DNA of 64,000 nt from Hypanus sabinus (taxonomy: Eukaryota), in NCBI RefSeq assembly GCF_030144855.1, contig NC_082730.1, forward strand, positions 2,480,001-2,544,000, written 5' to 3'. The notes below the pieces were generated by a model that was not told the DNA's origin, made no database searches, and saw only the letters and a list, made by a program, of their open reading frames with translations. Shown here piece after piece: positions 25,411-38,279 of the stretch. Both the position numbers and the translations under genes were made by a program. Every line of letters begins with the position of its first letter. Position 1 is the first letter of the stretch.

Positions 25411-26214
25411 TCTGTTCCATACAAAAGCAAATTGGTTTTGCTTTAATTTCAGACTAGCTTGTAGATAAAACCTAACACTTCCCTGTAACAAATTAAAACA
25501 TGGAACTGTGCTGTCTGTTCCAAAGTTTTTCCCAACCAACAATTTAGTCTCTTGCCCAGGTTCATTTCTCATGTGAGATCCATTATAGTAAAAAAGGTAA
25601 TGAGAGTTCAGAGAGAGTATACTCCTGTTAGAGGGAAGGGAAAAAATTGTAAGGTTAAGGAATCCTGGTTGAAGAGGGATATTGAGGCTTTGGTAAAGAA
25701 AAACGAGGAAGTATAGGTTGGGATCAGGTGAATCGCTTAAGGAGTAAAAGGGATGTAGGAGAACACAAGAAGGAATCAGGAGGGTAAAAGGACAGCATTG
25801 GCAGATGAGACAATCCTAAAATATTCTCCAATTAAATTAAGAACAAGGGTCACGCAGGAGATGATAAGGAATAATGTGATCATCTCTGTGTAGAGCCACA
25901 AGAGATGGGTGAGGTATGAAATAAATACTGCTTATTTGTATTCATTGTGGAGAAATTGATAAATTGGTTTATTACTGTTACAGGTACAAATGTGAAAACT
26001 TGTCTGGATACTCTTCATACAGCTCAGTTCATGACAAGTGCATTGAGGTCGTAAAAGAAAAAAACAATAACAATAAAGAATTAAGTGTTGCACTTACAGA
26101 GAAGTGCAGTGTAGGTGGACAATAGTGGCCAATGTCAAAGTGAGGTAAATTGTGAGATTAAGCTGTAATTTTATTATAATTAGGAACTGTTCTAAGGTCT
26201 TATAACAGTAGTTG

Positions 26215-27122
26215 GGTGGCAGTGAAATGTCAGGAGGATGTTCTGAGAACGCAGGGTGACTTGGACAGGTTGGGTGAGTGGGCACATGTATGGCAGATGC
26301 AGTTTAATGTGGATAAATGTGAGATGCCACTTTGGTGGCAAGAACAGGAAGGCAGATTACTATCTAAATGGAGTCAAGTTAGGAAAAGAGGAAGTACAAC
26401 AAGATCCAGGTATTCTTGTACATCAGTCAATGAAAGTAAGCATGCAGGTACAGCAAGCAGTGAAAAAAGCTAATGGCATGCTGGCCTTTATAGCAAGAGG
26501 AATTGAGTGTAGGAGTAAAGAGGTCCTTCTGCAGCTGTACAGGGCCCTGGTGAGACCCCACCTGGAGTATTGTGTGCAGTTTTGGTCTCCAAATTTGAGG
26601 AAGGACATTCTTGCTATTGAGGGAGTGCAGCGTAGGTTCACAAGGTTAATTCCCGGAATGGCAGGACTGTCATATGTTGAATGATTGGAACGACTGGGCT
26701 TGTATACACTGGAATTTAGAAGGATGAGAAGGGATCTGATTGAAACATATAAGATTATTAAGGGATTGGACACACTGGAGGCAGGAAGCATGTTCCTGCT
26801 GATGGATGAGTCCAGAACTAGAGGCCACAGTTTAAGAATAAGGGGTAGGACATTTAGAACAGAGATGCAGAAAAACCTTTTCACCCATAGAGTGGTGGAT
26901 ATGTGGAATACTCTGTCCCAGAAGACAGTGGAGGACAAGTCTCTGGATGCATTCAAGAGAGAGTTAGATAGAGCTCTTATAGGTAGCGGGGTCAAGGGAT
27001 ATGGGGAGAGGGCAGGAACGGGGTACTGATTGTGGATGTTCAGCCATGATCACAGTGAATGGCGGTGCTGGCTAGAAGGGTTGAATGGCCTACTCCTGCA
27101 CCTACTGTCTATTGTCTATTAT
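26215..27122 (+). mobile_element. CR1 3' fragment
   Basis: RPHLEYCVQFWSPNLRKD…; (CTATTGT)n tail; same family as 18955-19905. Confidence 0.92.
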
Positions 27123-27124
27123 AG

Positions 27125-27540
27125 AAGCTGGTGAATGGCAAGGTGGAGATACGTCTCTACCAAAGGAGGTATAAGGTGCTCCTTCCTTCCACTAGCCTGC
27201 GGGTGAATCTTGGGTAAACTGTTGCATCTGCTTAGCAACCCCCCCCCCCCCGCCTGCCCCTGCCCAGATCAGGGTCACATGATGCTATGGGAGCAGGCGA
27301 TGGTTGGTCAGATCAGCAGCTGGTGCATATCACACGTCCTGGTTATGTGACCCCTAACTCCAGGCAGACAGTCTCTAAAGAGTATTGATAATGGATGGCA
27401 TCACCTATCTTGTAAAGACACTGTCCAGAAGAAGGCAATGGCAAGCCATTTCTGTAGAAAATATTGGCAAGAACAATCATGGTCAAAAACCATGATCACC
27501 CACATCATACAACCTGGAATATAGTGATGATGATAATGAT
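27125..27540 (+). mobile_element. SINE-like element with an RTE/BovB-type 3' end
   Basis: GAAGAAGGCAATGGCAAGCCATTTCTGTAG resembles the RTE/Bov-A 3' motif; ends in a (GAT)n tail. Confidence 0.5.
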
Positions 27541-28099
27541 ATTGATGACAGAAATTGTCCTTTAGCCTGGTGACATGCTTTTTTGGGCTTTTATCATCTG
27601 CCTGATTTTGAGCGGATGATTGTGGTGAAGAGAGAATGTCTGAGGTGAGTTGGCGGCTTTACGGAGGCAGCAAGAAATGTAAACAGAGTTTATGGAGGGG
27701 ATGGTGGTTTCCATCATAAACTGAGACGTGTCCACGGTTATCTGCAGTTTCTTTCACTCATAAACAGAGAAGTTTCCATACCAAGCAGTGATGCTTCCAG
27801 ATCAGATACTTTCTTTACTTCATTAATAAAACTCAGAGAGGGGAAAATGCCAGAAGATTTTTAGTCTCTTACGGAAGTAGAGGAGTTGGTGAGCTTTCTT
27901 GGCCATTATGTCCACATGGTTAGAACAGGATAGGATGTTGATGTTCACTCCTAGGAACTTGAAGGGCTCAAACTTCACAACCTCTACATCATTGATGCTG
28001 TACGTACACTGCTTCATCCTGAAATCAATGAACAACTCTTTTGTTTTGATGGCATTGAGGGATTTGTTGTTGTTATGACACCATTTTGCTTGGTGCTCT

Positions 28100-28940
28100 G
28101 TCTACTTCCTGTACACAGATAAGTGCAAAGTGTTGTAGTTTGGGAAGTTAAACCAGACCATAATATATACAGCAAAAGGCAAGCCTTGGACAGTGCTGTA
28201 GAACAGAGAGAGCGAGGGGTACAAAGTTAGAGCTCCTTGAAAGTGGCAGCAGTACAGGATAACGAAGAAAGCATTTTTCACACTTGCCTTCATCAGTTGC
28301 ATCATTGAGTGCACGAGTTGGGATATCATGTTAAAACTGATATAGATGCGAACCACCCAGGTGTTGTTAAGGGTTTATAAAGCACTGGGGAGGCCTCACA
28401 TGGAGTATTGTGAGCAGCTTTGTGCCCCTTTCCTAAGAAAACATGCGCTAACGTTGGAGAAGGTTTAAAGCAAGCTCACAAAAATGATTTCTGAATTGAA
28501 AGGTTTTTCACCTGAGGAGCATGTGATGGCTCTGGGCCTGTACTCACTGGAGTTCAGAAGAATGAAGGGGAACTCATTGCAACCTATCTAATGTTGGAAG
28601 GCCTTGATAACATGGATGCAGAGAGGATATTTCCTTTGGTGAGGGAGTCTAAGACCAGAAGAAGCCTGGCAGTTGAGGGACATCCATTTAGAATGAAGAT
28701 GATAAAGGAATTTCTTTAGCCAGATAGTGGTGAATTTGTGGAATTTAATTGCCAGAGGTAGCTGTGGAGGCCAGGTCATTGGATAAATTTAAAGTGGAGG
28801 TTGATAAAATCTTGATTAGCCAGGGCATGAAAGGATAAAGGGAGATGCCAGGAGATTGGGCAGGAGGGAAATAAATTAGCCATGATGAAATGGCAGAGCA
28901 AATAACCTAATTCTGCTCCTATATCTATGGTCTTTGGTCT
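28100..28940 (+). mobile_element. Degenerate CR1 3' half
   Basis: CR1 C-terminal DNA motifs (GAGGCCTCACATGGAGTATTGTG, GTGGTGAATTTGTGGAATT). Confidence 0.75.
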
Positions 28941-29198
28941 TATGGTGTGTAGTCCTGATCACCGAGGTATAGGGAAAGATGTCATTAAATTGGAAAAGGT
29001 GCAGAATACACTTATGCAGATGTTATTAGGACTGAAGGGTTGTTTCTTCATATCTGGGTTCAGTGCACACCATGACACTGGATATTGTCTCTTCACAGAA
29101 TCAGGTTTATTATCACCGGCATGTGACATGAAATTTGATAACTGAACAGCGGCAGTTCAATGCAATACATAATCTGGCAGAGAAAAAATATAAAACAA

Positions 29199-29243
<45 letters not shown>
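29199..29243. repeat. (AAT)n microsatellite, about 14 units
   Basis: Directly visible; explains the poly-Leu ORF at 29093-29299. Confidence 0.97.
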
Positions 29244-29246
<3 letters not shown>

Positions 29247-30094
29247 GCAAGTAAATCAATTACCATATACATATATTGAATAGAATAAAAAATGTGCAAG
29301 AACAGAAATACTGTATATTATAAAAAGTGAGGTAGTGTCCAAAGATTCAATGACCATTTAGGAATCGGATGGCAGAGGGAAAGAAGCTGTTCCGGAATCG
29401 CAGAGTGTGTGATTCTCCTCTCCCATGTGACAGCAGACATGACAGTCACATCCAATCAGGCTCAAAGACGGCTATTACAAGAGTTACAATCAAGATAAAA
29501 TTTGCTGATGCTGGAAATCCAAGCAAAACTCAGCAGGCCAGGCAGGATCTACACTAAATATTGGAGGAAATCAGCCAGGAGTTCCTCCAGCATTTTGTGT
29601 GTGTTTATTACAAAAGTTATCAGACTTTTACATGAATACCTTGCATGCTGTAAGATGAGCTCTGGGTCACCCTATTGTTGGATCATGATTCATTTGCAAT
29701 CCGAAGGTTCTTTGTAAATCAAGAATAAGGCATAAAACGTTGGTTATGATCAATTTGTTAAGAGCTACAAGAGCAAAATAATAACTAAAAGAATAAATAA
29801 AAGACCAATCAAAAAAAAGTTGTTGCGGTCTTATACACAGACTAGAGTATAACGATTGATAACAATTAACCTACAAAATAGCAAGAGATTTGTAGCATGA
29901 CAACTGCTATTGAAAACCAATATGTATGAAGCAACTGTGCCATATTTACTGGAAAATTCTCAGAACTATTTTATAGATACATGTGATCATCTATAGATAC
30001 GAGCAAACATGTGATTAAGTTAAACCACAAGAATGTTTACAATATTCTACACCCTAATCCAACATTTTCCTATTGGATTCAAAATCACAGATTA

Positions 30095-30500
30095 CATAGA
30101 CATAGAAACATAGAAAACCTACAGCACAACATAAGCCCTTTAGCCCACAAAGCTGTGCCAAACATATCCTTACCTTAGTGTTACTCGTATCCCTCTATTT
30201 TTCTAAGCTCCATGTACCTATCTAGGAGTCTCTTAAAAGACCCTATTGTATCCACCTCCACCACCATTGCCGGCAGCCCATTCCACGCATTCACCATTCT
30301 CAACGTAAAAAATTTACCCCTGACATCTCCTCTGTACTGGCTTCCAAGCACCTTAAAACTATAGTAAACACAAAGCACACTGCAGATGCTGTGGTCAAAT
30401 CAAGACATACAAACAAGCTGGATAAACTCAGCAGGTCCTTAAAACTGTGCACTCTCGTGTTAACCATTTCAGCCCTGGGAAAAAGCCTCTGACTATCCAC
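30095..30500 (-). mobile_element. CR1 3' end interrupted by a Penelope terminal fragment (about 30363-30436)
   Basis: RGDVRGKFFTLRMVNAWNGLP; (CATAGAAA)n tail; inserted AAACACAAAGCACACTGCAGATGCTGTGG…CAGCAGGTC. Confidence 0.75.
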
Positions 30501-30640
30501 AGCAGACGGAAAGCAGAGATTGGACAGTGGTTTTTGGAACAGCAGGAAAAGGAAAGATTAATTTTGCATTCCAGCAGAGCAGTTGGAGAGCCCACAGATT
30601 GACTATGGCTCCAAGCACAGCAGCACATAAGGGAGAGCTA

Positions 30641-31800
30641 AACTCTTGATTCCAGCACAGCAGTATGGTAGGCAGAGATCGACACTGGATTCCAGCTCAG
30701 CAGCAAGAAAGGCAGAGATCGACACTGGATTCCAGCACAGCAGTATGGTAGGCAGAGATCGACACTGGATTCCAGCTCAGCAGCAAGAAAGGCAGAGATC
30801 GACACTGGATTCCAGCTCAGCAGCAGGAAAGGCAGAGATCGACACTGGATTCCAGCACAGCAGTATGGTAGGCAGAGATCGACACTGGATTCCAGCTCAG
30901 CAGCAAGAAAGGCAGAGATCGACACTGGATTCCAGCTCAGCAGCAGGAAAGGCAGAGATCGACACTGGATTCCAGCACAGCAGCAGGAAAGGCAGTGATC
31001 GACACTGGATTCCAGCACAGCAGCAGGAAAGGCAGCGATCGACACTGGATTCCAGCACAGCAGCAGGAAAGGCAGAGATCGACACTGGATTCCAGCTCAG
31101 CAGCAGGAAAGGCGGAGATCGACACTGGATTCCAGCACAGCATCAGGAAAGGCGGAGATCGACACTGGATTCCAGCTCAGCAGCAAGAAAGGCAGAGATC
31201 GACACTGGATTCCAGCTCAGCAGCAGGAAAGGCAGAGATCGACACTGGATTCCAGCACAGCAGCAGGAAAGGCAGTGATCGACACTGGATTCCAGCACAG
31301 CAGCAGGAAAGGCAGCGATCGACACTGGATTCCAGCACAGCAGCAGGAAAGGCAGAGATCGACACTGGATTCCAGCTCAGCAGCAGGAAAGGTGGAGATC
31401 GACACTGGATTCCAGCACAGCATCAGGAAAGGCGGAGATCGACACTGGATTCCAGCTCAGCAGCAGGAAAGGCAGAGATCGACACTGGATTCCAGCTCAG
31501 CAGCAGGAAAGGCGGAGATCGACACTGGATTCCAGCACAGCATCAGGAAAGGCGGAGATCGACACTGGATTCCAGCTCAGCAGCAGGAAAGGCGGAGATC
31601 GACACTGGATTCCAGCACCGCAGCAGGAAAGGCGGAGATCGACACTGGATTCCAGCACAGCATCAGGAAAGGCGGAGATCAACACTGGATTCCAGCACAG
31701 CATCAGGAAAGGCGGAGATCGACACTGGATTCCAGCTCAGCAGCAGGAAAGGCGGAGATCGACACTGGATTCCAGCACAGCAGCAGGAAAGGCAGAGATT
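30641..31800 (+). repeat. 40-bp minisatellite, about 28-29 units, with degenerate flanking units (about 30500-30640 and 31800-31985)
   Basis: Consensus CAGCAGGAAAGGCAGAGATCGACACTGGATTCCAGC(A/T)CAG; the period of 40 is directly visible. Confidence 0.98.
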
Positions 31801-32572
31801 AACTCTGCATTCCAGAACAGCAGTGGAGAAGGTAGTAATTTACTCTTGATTACAGCACCGCAATGGAAAAGTTGAGACTGGATTTTGGATTCCATCACAA
31901 CAGTGGGGAAGGCAGAGATTAACGTTAGTTTCCAGTACATAAGTGGAGCAAGAAATGGCTCAGTCTGAGTTCCAGTATTGCAACAGGACAATGAGCTGTG
32001 ATATTGAATGGCGGTTGTGCAAGGTCATCTCCTGCTTCTGTATCAGTGGAAATATTCCCCAACTCCCATCTCAGCATACTGCCGAAACCTCCTACTTGAT
32101 GTTACCCGCACTGCTATGATCATCCGCTCCCCCCTCCAACCTGTTCACAGAACCTAGGCCATGAGCAACAAACTGCCTCATCGTCTCCCTCACTCCTCCT
32201 TCAGGGATCTGTGGATGTGCCCTACAAGGCCCCACTCCGAGCTCTCTCTGTACATCACACACACTTCCATTTATCCCATGTTCCCTCAACGTGTTCACCT
32301 CCCCAAGCACCCCACCCAACACTTCTCCAGACTGGGTCTCATTTTCCATGCCTGTGCCCCCTGACCTGCCTTTTATATCCGGCTGCAGGCTGCAACTTCC
32401 ATCCTCCGGACCGGGTGCAGAGAGTCTTCACTCTGTTCCCCCTTTGAGCTTACCGTGTACTGTTGGAATGGTGGGCTGCTTCTCTCACAGGGCCAGGAGC
32501 CAAACAATGAGACCCATCGCCCACTCTTGTAACTATGATTCTCCCAGTCTGATTCCTCCTCCAGTCACTGAG

Positions 32573-32902
32573 CTCATCTGTCTCCTCTTGTCTCCTCATC
32601 TGGGACTGTGAATGGAGCTCGGGGAGACTTGGTCTCCTTACCTCCTGGGATCCCAGTCGAACCGGATGTGGCTCAGCTTGTGTGGAAACTGTTGTCACCC
32701 AGAAAGAAGATAGTGACATATTCAAACGGGAACAGTGAATATTACGGTCCTGAGGAGTACAAGCGACGGATAACTCTTAATCCTGGGGACTTCAGCCTGG
32801 AAATCCGTGATCTACAGAGAGAGGACACTGCTGATTATGAGCTGACTGTTACAGCAAGTTCAGGAGCACAGACTCAGGGAGTAATCCGACTGCAGGTGGA
32901 CG
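32573..32902 (+). pseudogene. IgV exon 1 of CD2/SLAM-family receptor
   Basis: (x)HLSPLVSSSGTVNGARGDLVSLPPGIPVEPDVAQLVWKLL…RRITLNPGDFSLEIRDLQREDTADYELTVTASSG…IRLQVD. V-set fold lacking both canonical Cys, a CD2-family hallmark. Phase-1 GTGAGT donor at 32903; acceptor ambiguous. Confidence 0.88.
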
Positions 32903-34829
32903 GTGAGTGAGACGCCACAGAGGGGCTCGGGTTTCTTCAGTTGCTGAAACACCCCTAATTAATGGGTGAGGGCAGATCCTGTGTGTTCCCTTGCTTACCG
33001 AACCCCACAGACTGCCCGTGTCCAGAGCTGGGCTCACAGTCCCACCGTAGTGGGACTGAGACAGTGTGAACCCGGGTGACGCACCCAGCACATCCCCGGA
33101 GACTAACATGGGGAGCAAGAAGTATTAATGGTGACCCTCATTACACTGAGTCCGGAGGAGATCAGCACTCGGGGTGGACTATGGAAGATGTGATTACAAG
33201 TTGAGTGTTTAAAAACCATTTGTACAGGTTCATGGATGAAAGGTGTGGAGTAAAATGGGACTAGCTCAGGACAGCACAGTGATCAGTGAGATGGGCTGAA
33301 TGGCCTCTTTCCATTACTGTTTCTGTGCTTGACACATGGGAGCCCTGAACTGAACAATGGACCCATAAGGTGGGAGGGACTGTAGAGGGGGTGAATGGAC
33401 TGTGGGTCACTGTATCCCCAGTTAGAGATCTGGTCTGTCATGTTCAGGGATTCCAGTTATCCCATCAGTTTCCCAGGACACTGCTTGTTAATTCCCCAGA
33501 CTGAGGTCTGAGCTCAGCAAGGTGTTTATTCCTCAGCCTTCATGCTGTGCTGTGCTGAGTGAGACCCTGTGTATTCATTACACTGAATATAGTGTCCCAG
33601 TGAGTGACACAGTACACGGACACAACAGCACACTCACACACAGCAATATGTTTCCTGACTCACTCTATCAGTAACATTACATTCAAAGTAGACTGTAGAC
33701 TGTAATATCGAAACAGTGAGCTGTTTGTTGGTCTCCTCACTCCCTGTGGAAGGGGCGACACCTCTCTCTCTCTCTGGCATGTTGAAGTGCTGGTATGTGG
33801 ACTATAGTTTTTGATGGACCTAGATCATGGTCTCTTTGGGGGCTTTGTTATTACTGGCCTGAAGGTGTGTGGGGCTGATGCTTCCTGCTGGAATGTGGGT
33901 GGAACGGGACGGGGGGGGGGGGGAGGTTTATGCTTTGCTGTTGCTTGTGTGTGGGAGGGGTGTGGGGGGCTTTGTGGTTCTAACATTTTTCTGTCAGTCA
34001 TTCTCTGGGGATTTCCTGTGTTTTGGGGATGTCTGTGAAGAGTGAGAATTTCAGGTTGTGTACTGTATACATTCTCTGATATCAAATTGAACCAGTGAAC
34101 CATTGAAAATAATCTCACCCAGCAACATTCACCTTGAGTTTGGCTGAGAAATGTTCTCCCTTCCACCCCAGGGTTAAATGATTCCCATTGGAAGGATAAC
34201 ATAGAAAATGAGAAATAGGAAGAGGAGGCCATTCTGCCCCTCATGTCTACTCCTGTCAGGGCTGGTTTGACAGTCTCAGCTCCTCTTTCCTGTCTGTTCC
34301 CCACACCCCCGACTCCTCATCTCTGTGTGAAATGGGCAGTCACTTATTCTGATACCGTCTCCTCATTCTGGATTCCACCCTCTACCCCATGAGCTGGAAC
34401 ATCCTTGTGGCTCTCTCCACTGTTGATTCACTCCAGTCAGGTTCTGTCCTTGACTACTTCACACCCGCACCCAGTCTCAGTGATCATTGCTGTCACTTGG
34501 TAACTTTACCAACTAAGGGTATTTACCTCTCTTCATCCGTTACAACTTCAGTGAGACAGAGGACACCTAAATAGTCTCACCGAGAACTCCCAATTAATTC
34601 TGACCTGAAAAGCATGGACCCAAATTCTGAAATGAAGACAGGGAGTTTATTTAGTATCATGCAGAAACAGAGTCGACACTTAACAATACAATTAGTTACA
34701 GTGAGAGTCCAGTGTTCTCAATGGCTTGATCAGATCCATTGATAGATCCTGTTGGCTGCTCCGTCTATGTCATCCAGATGGCTGCCGATGATCTGTATTT
34801 CTGACTTTCCTTGTTCTGCCAGAGGACGT

Positions 34830-35870
34830 CAGAGGTCATAGATTGTTTTGGCTGAATTAATCAGCTATTGCTGCCTCTCTGACTGGATGCCTGTGACAAG
34901 GCGAGTGCTGCAGGGATTTGTGCGAGGTCCATTGTTGTTTGCCATCGATATCAATGATCTGGATGATAATGTGGTTAACTGGATCAGCAAGTTTAGGGAT
35001 GTAGCAGACTGGAAGGAAGACCATCAGATCTTGCAGCACGGTCTGGACCAGCTGAAAATGGATGAAAAATGGCACATGGAATTTAATGCCGATAACTGTG
35101 AGGTATTTTACTTTGACAGCACCAACCAGGGTAGGTCTTACACTGTGAATGGTATGCCACTGAGGAGTGTGATAGAACGAAGGGTCTTTAATTCATTGAA
35201 AGTAATATTAGAGTAATGTAATAGGGTCATAAAGAAGAATTTTGGAACAATAGCCTTCATAAATCAAAGTATCGAGTGGAGGAGTTGGCATGTTAGTTGA
35301 AGTTGCATAGAGTGTTGATGAGGCCTACTTTGGAGAATTATGTGCAGTGTTGGTCAACTACCTACAGAAAAGATGTAAATAAGATTGAAAGAATACAGAG
35401 AAAATTTACAAGGATGTTGCCAGGTCTGGAGGACATGAGTTATCAGGAAAGATTGAACAGGATAGGACATTATTCCTTGGAACGTAAAAGATTGAGGAGA
35501 GATTTGATTGAGGTATACAAAATTATGAGAGTATAAATAGAGTAAATGCAAGCAGGCTTTTTATTTTCCACAGCAGTTGGGTAGGACTACAACCAGAGGT
35601 CATGGGTTAAGGGTGAAAGTTGAAAAGTTTAGGGGGAACATGAGGGAAAAATTCTTCACAGAGGGCCATGAGAGTATGAAATGAGCTGTCACCAGAAGTG
35701 GTGCATGCAAGTTCAATTTCAGCATTTAAGAGAAGCTTGGATAGGTACATGGATGGTACTGTATGGAGGGCTATGTTCCCGGCACTGGATGAATGAGTAG
35801 ACGGTTTAAATGATTTCGGTATGGAGCAGGTGGACCAAAGGTCTGTTACTGTGCTGTAATTTTCTCTGAC
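34830..35870 (+). mobile_element. Degenerate CR1 3' half
   Basis: GPLLFAIDINDLDDNVVNWISKF; RPTLENYVQCWS. Confidence 0.85.
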
Positions 35871-36829
35871 TTTATGATTGTTCTAATCTCTGGCATGGTG
35901 TCTTTTCTATGTTGTAAGTGAATTGCAGACAAGAGTACATGGAGAGGAGGCAGGTTTCCATGATTTACTTAGGTGTGTTCACAATTCTCTGCAGTTTCTT
36001 GCAGTCACACACAAAACAGTTGCCATAACAAGTGTGATGCATTCATGATGCTTTCTATGGAGCATTAATAAAAGATGGGTAAAGGGGACATGCTAGTGGT
36101 TCTTTCCTGCAAGTGAGTGGGCTGGGGTCTGTTATTGTTGCAGTTAATTTTTGTGAGTGAGGTGTTTGGGGACTGTTACTGTCACTGTTCTTTTCTGCGA
36201 GTGAGGGGGCCAGGGACTGTTATTGTTACAGTTAATTTTTGCCAGTGAGAGGGTCGGGGACTCTTAATTGTCACTGGTCTTATCTGTGAGTGAGGGGTGC
36301 TGGGGATGGTTATTGTCATTTTTTTGCTGTAGGAAAGGGGGGGCTTTTGGGGACTGTGACCTTTGTTTCTTCTCTTTTTGTGTGTTGGGGGAAGAGTTGA
36401 TGGCTTTTCATTCATCAACACTATTTCTTTCTGTATTTAGTGGCTCTCTGAAGGAGACAAATATCACGCTTGTATTGTACATACATACTTTAACGATCAT
36501 ATGAACCTTTGAACCTTTATTGAGTTTGACGAGGACTGTCTGTAGGTGATATTCAGTCCTGGGAACTTCAGCCATCTCAGCTTCAGCGCTATTGAGGTTA
36601 AGGATTCTGTACAACATTCCCTATCCTCACTCTCCACACCAAACCACCCCCCAAACTTCTGAAGTCAATGACAATTCTTTTGTTTTGCTGACATTGAGGA
36701 AGATGGCTGTCATGACAACACATCACTAGGCTCTTTACCTCACTCCTAGGTTCTGATTCATCATTATTTGAGAGTTGGCTTCTATGGTGGTTTCTACTGG
36801 AAACTGAAGGGATGAGAGGTGATCAATAG

Positions 36830-37190
36830 ACAATGGACAATAGGTGCTGCAGTAGGCTATTCGGCCATTCGAGCCAGCACCACCATTCAATGTGATCATG
36901 ACTGATCATCCACAATCAGTACCCTGTTCCTGCCTTCTCCCCATATCGCTTGACTTTGCTATCTTTAAGAGCTCTATCTAACTCTTTCTTGAAAGCATGC
37001 AGAGAGTTGGCCTCCACTGCCTTCTGAGGCAGAGCATTCCATAGATCCACAGCTCTCTGGGTGAAAAAGTTTTTTCCTGAACTCTGTTCTAAATGGCCTA
37101 CCCCTTATTCTTAAACTGTGGCCTCTGGTTCTGGACTCCCCCAACATTGGGAACATGTTTCCTGCCTCTAGCGTGTTGAATCCCTTAATA
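36830..37190 (-). mobile_element. CR1 3' end
   Basis: MFPMLGESRTRGHSLRIRGRPFRTE; (GACAAT) tail. Confidence 0.85.
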
Positions 37191-37832
37191 ACTGAAAGGA
37201 TTCCTCACTTCACACTGAAGCATCCAAACACCTCATAGGGTTCAGCAGGATGGACCCCTGGCTGGAGTGACAGAATATGAGCTCAACTACTCCAGACTAA
37301 GAGAGAACGAAATACGCTGGAAAAATCACACCCAGAGGCCAGTGAATTTCCACAACTCTTTACTGAAGAGGACTACAGAAGCTCAGTCACGTGGGGTATT
37401 CAAGGTAGATGTGGATGGCTTTTGGATATCAAGGGAATTAAAGGATGTGAGTTTGGTGCAGGAGAATGAGGTGGAGGGCAATCAGCCATGATATTGCTCA
37501 ATGGGGAGCAGACCGGAAGGGGCAGAATGGTCTAACATTAAGTTTCTACTGAACAAAGAAATGGAGCTGGAGCGAATTCCTGGAACACAGAGACATCAGC
37601 AAGACATGACGGAGCTTTATGAGTAACTGTTGTGAAAAAACGTGCAGCACTTCTGGGAACTTCTCCAGCAGTAACTGTCTGAACTGAAGGGAGAGGAAGA
37701 GTTAAACTGTTGGGTTGGAAATGATTGGATTAAATTTCATTTGGTTCTGTTGGGATGGAATGCAGGAGATGGGGAATAAGGTGTCCATAAGGATCTTCTT
37801 GATTCACTTTTCTTTTTCTGTCTCAACTTCAG

Positions 37833-38100
37833 ATCCTGTGTCAGGTACAGACATCAAAGTTCAGTACACCGCCAAGACTTGCAATATCACCTTGACCTGC
37901 TCTGCAAATTCCGGCAGTTCCATCAGCTTCAGGTGGTGGAGGGGAGGAGAGGCTGTGGGAAGTGGCAGCCACTATCACCTCCAGTAGCATGGAGAAGAAA
38001 AACAGGTCAAATAAGTCATGTACAAATGTGAGGCCTGGAACCCCATCAGTAAAGAAACAACAGAGGTCTGGCTGGGAGACATCTGTGAAAAGAACAAGTC
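37833..38100 (+). pseudogene. IgC2 exon of CD2/SLAM-family receptor with two in-frame stops
   Basis: Pyrimidine tract plus ttcag acceptor, phase 1. DPVSGTDIKVQYTAKTCNITLTCSANSGSSISFRWWRGGEAVGSGSHYHLQ*HGEEKQVK*VMYKCEAWNPISKETTEVWLGDIC shows the SLAM C2 pattern (C-x-I-T-L-T-C, W, YxCxxxNPIS, terminal C). Stops at 37985 and 38012; donor not clear. Confidence 0.88.
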
Positions 38101-38279
38101 TAGTGATTGTCAGACGGAGCAATTGGAATTTAGAGAGGCTGCCCAGACAGTTCAATAAGACATGCTGATGGAGTTTTACTTTGTGTCTGATCTGTGCTCT
38201 TTTACAAAAAAAGAGTTATGTTATGTTATGTAACTTATGTTCACTGACTTTCATGAGAAGGGTTCTCATTTTAAAACAT

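Noticed and set aside
29093-29299. Poly-leucine ORF as a signal or TM segment
   Set aside because: Antisense translation of the (AAT)n microsatellite.
30641-31800. CRISPR-like array (regular spacing, palindromic core)
   Set aside because: There are no unique spacers (the variable part is itself a near-repeat), no cas genes, and the context is eukaryotic. It is a minisatellite.
30638-31991. Long ORFs (210, 284, 175 aa and antisense) as real proteins
   Set aside because: They result from a stop-poor 40-bp unit cycling through all frames, with no splice signals or domain evidence.
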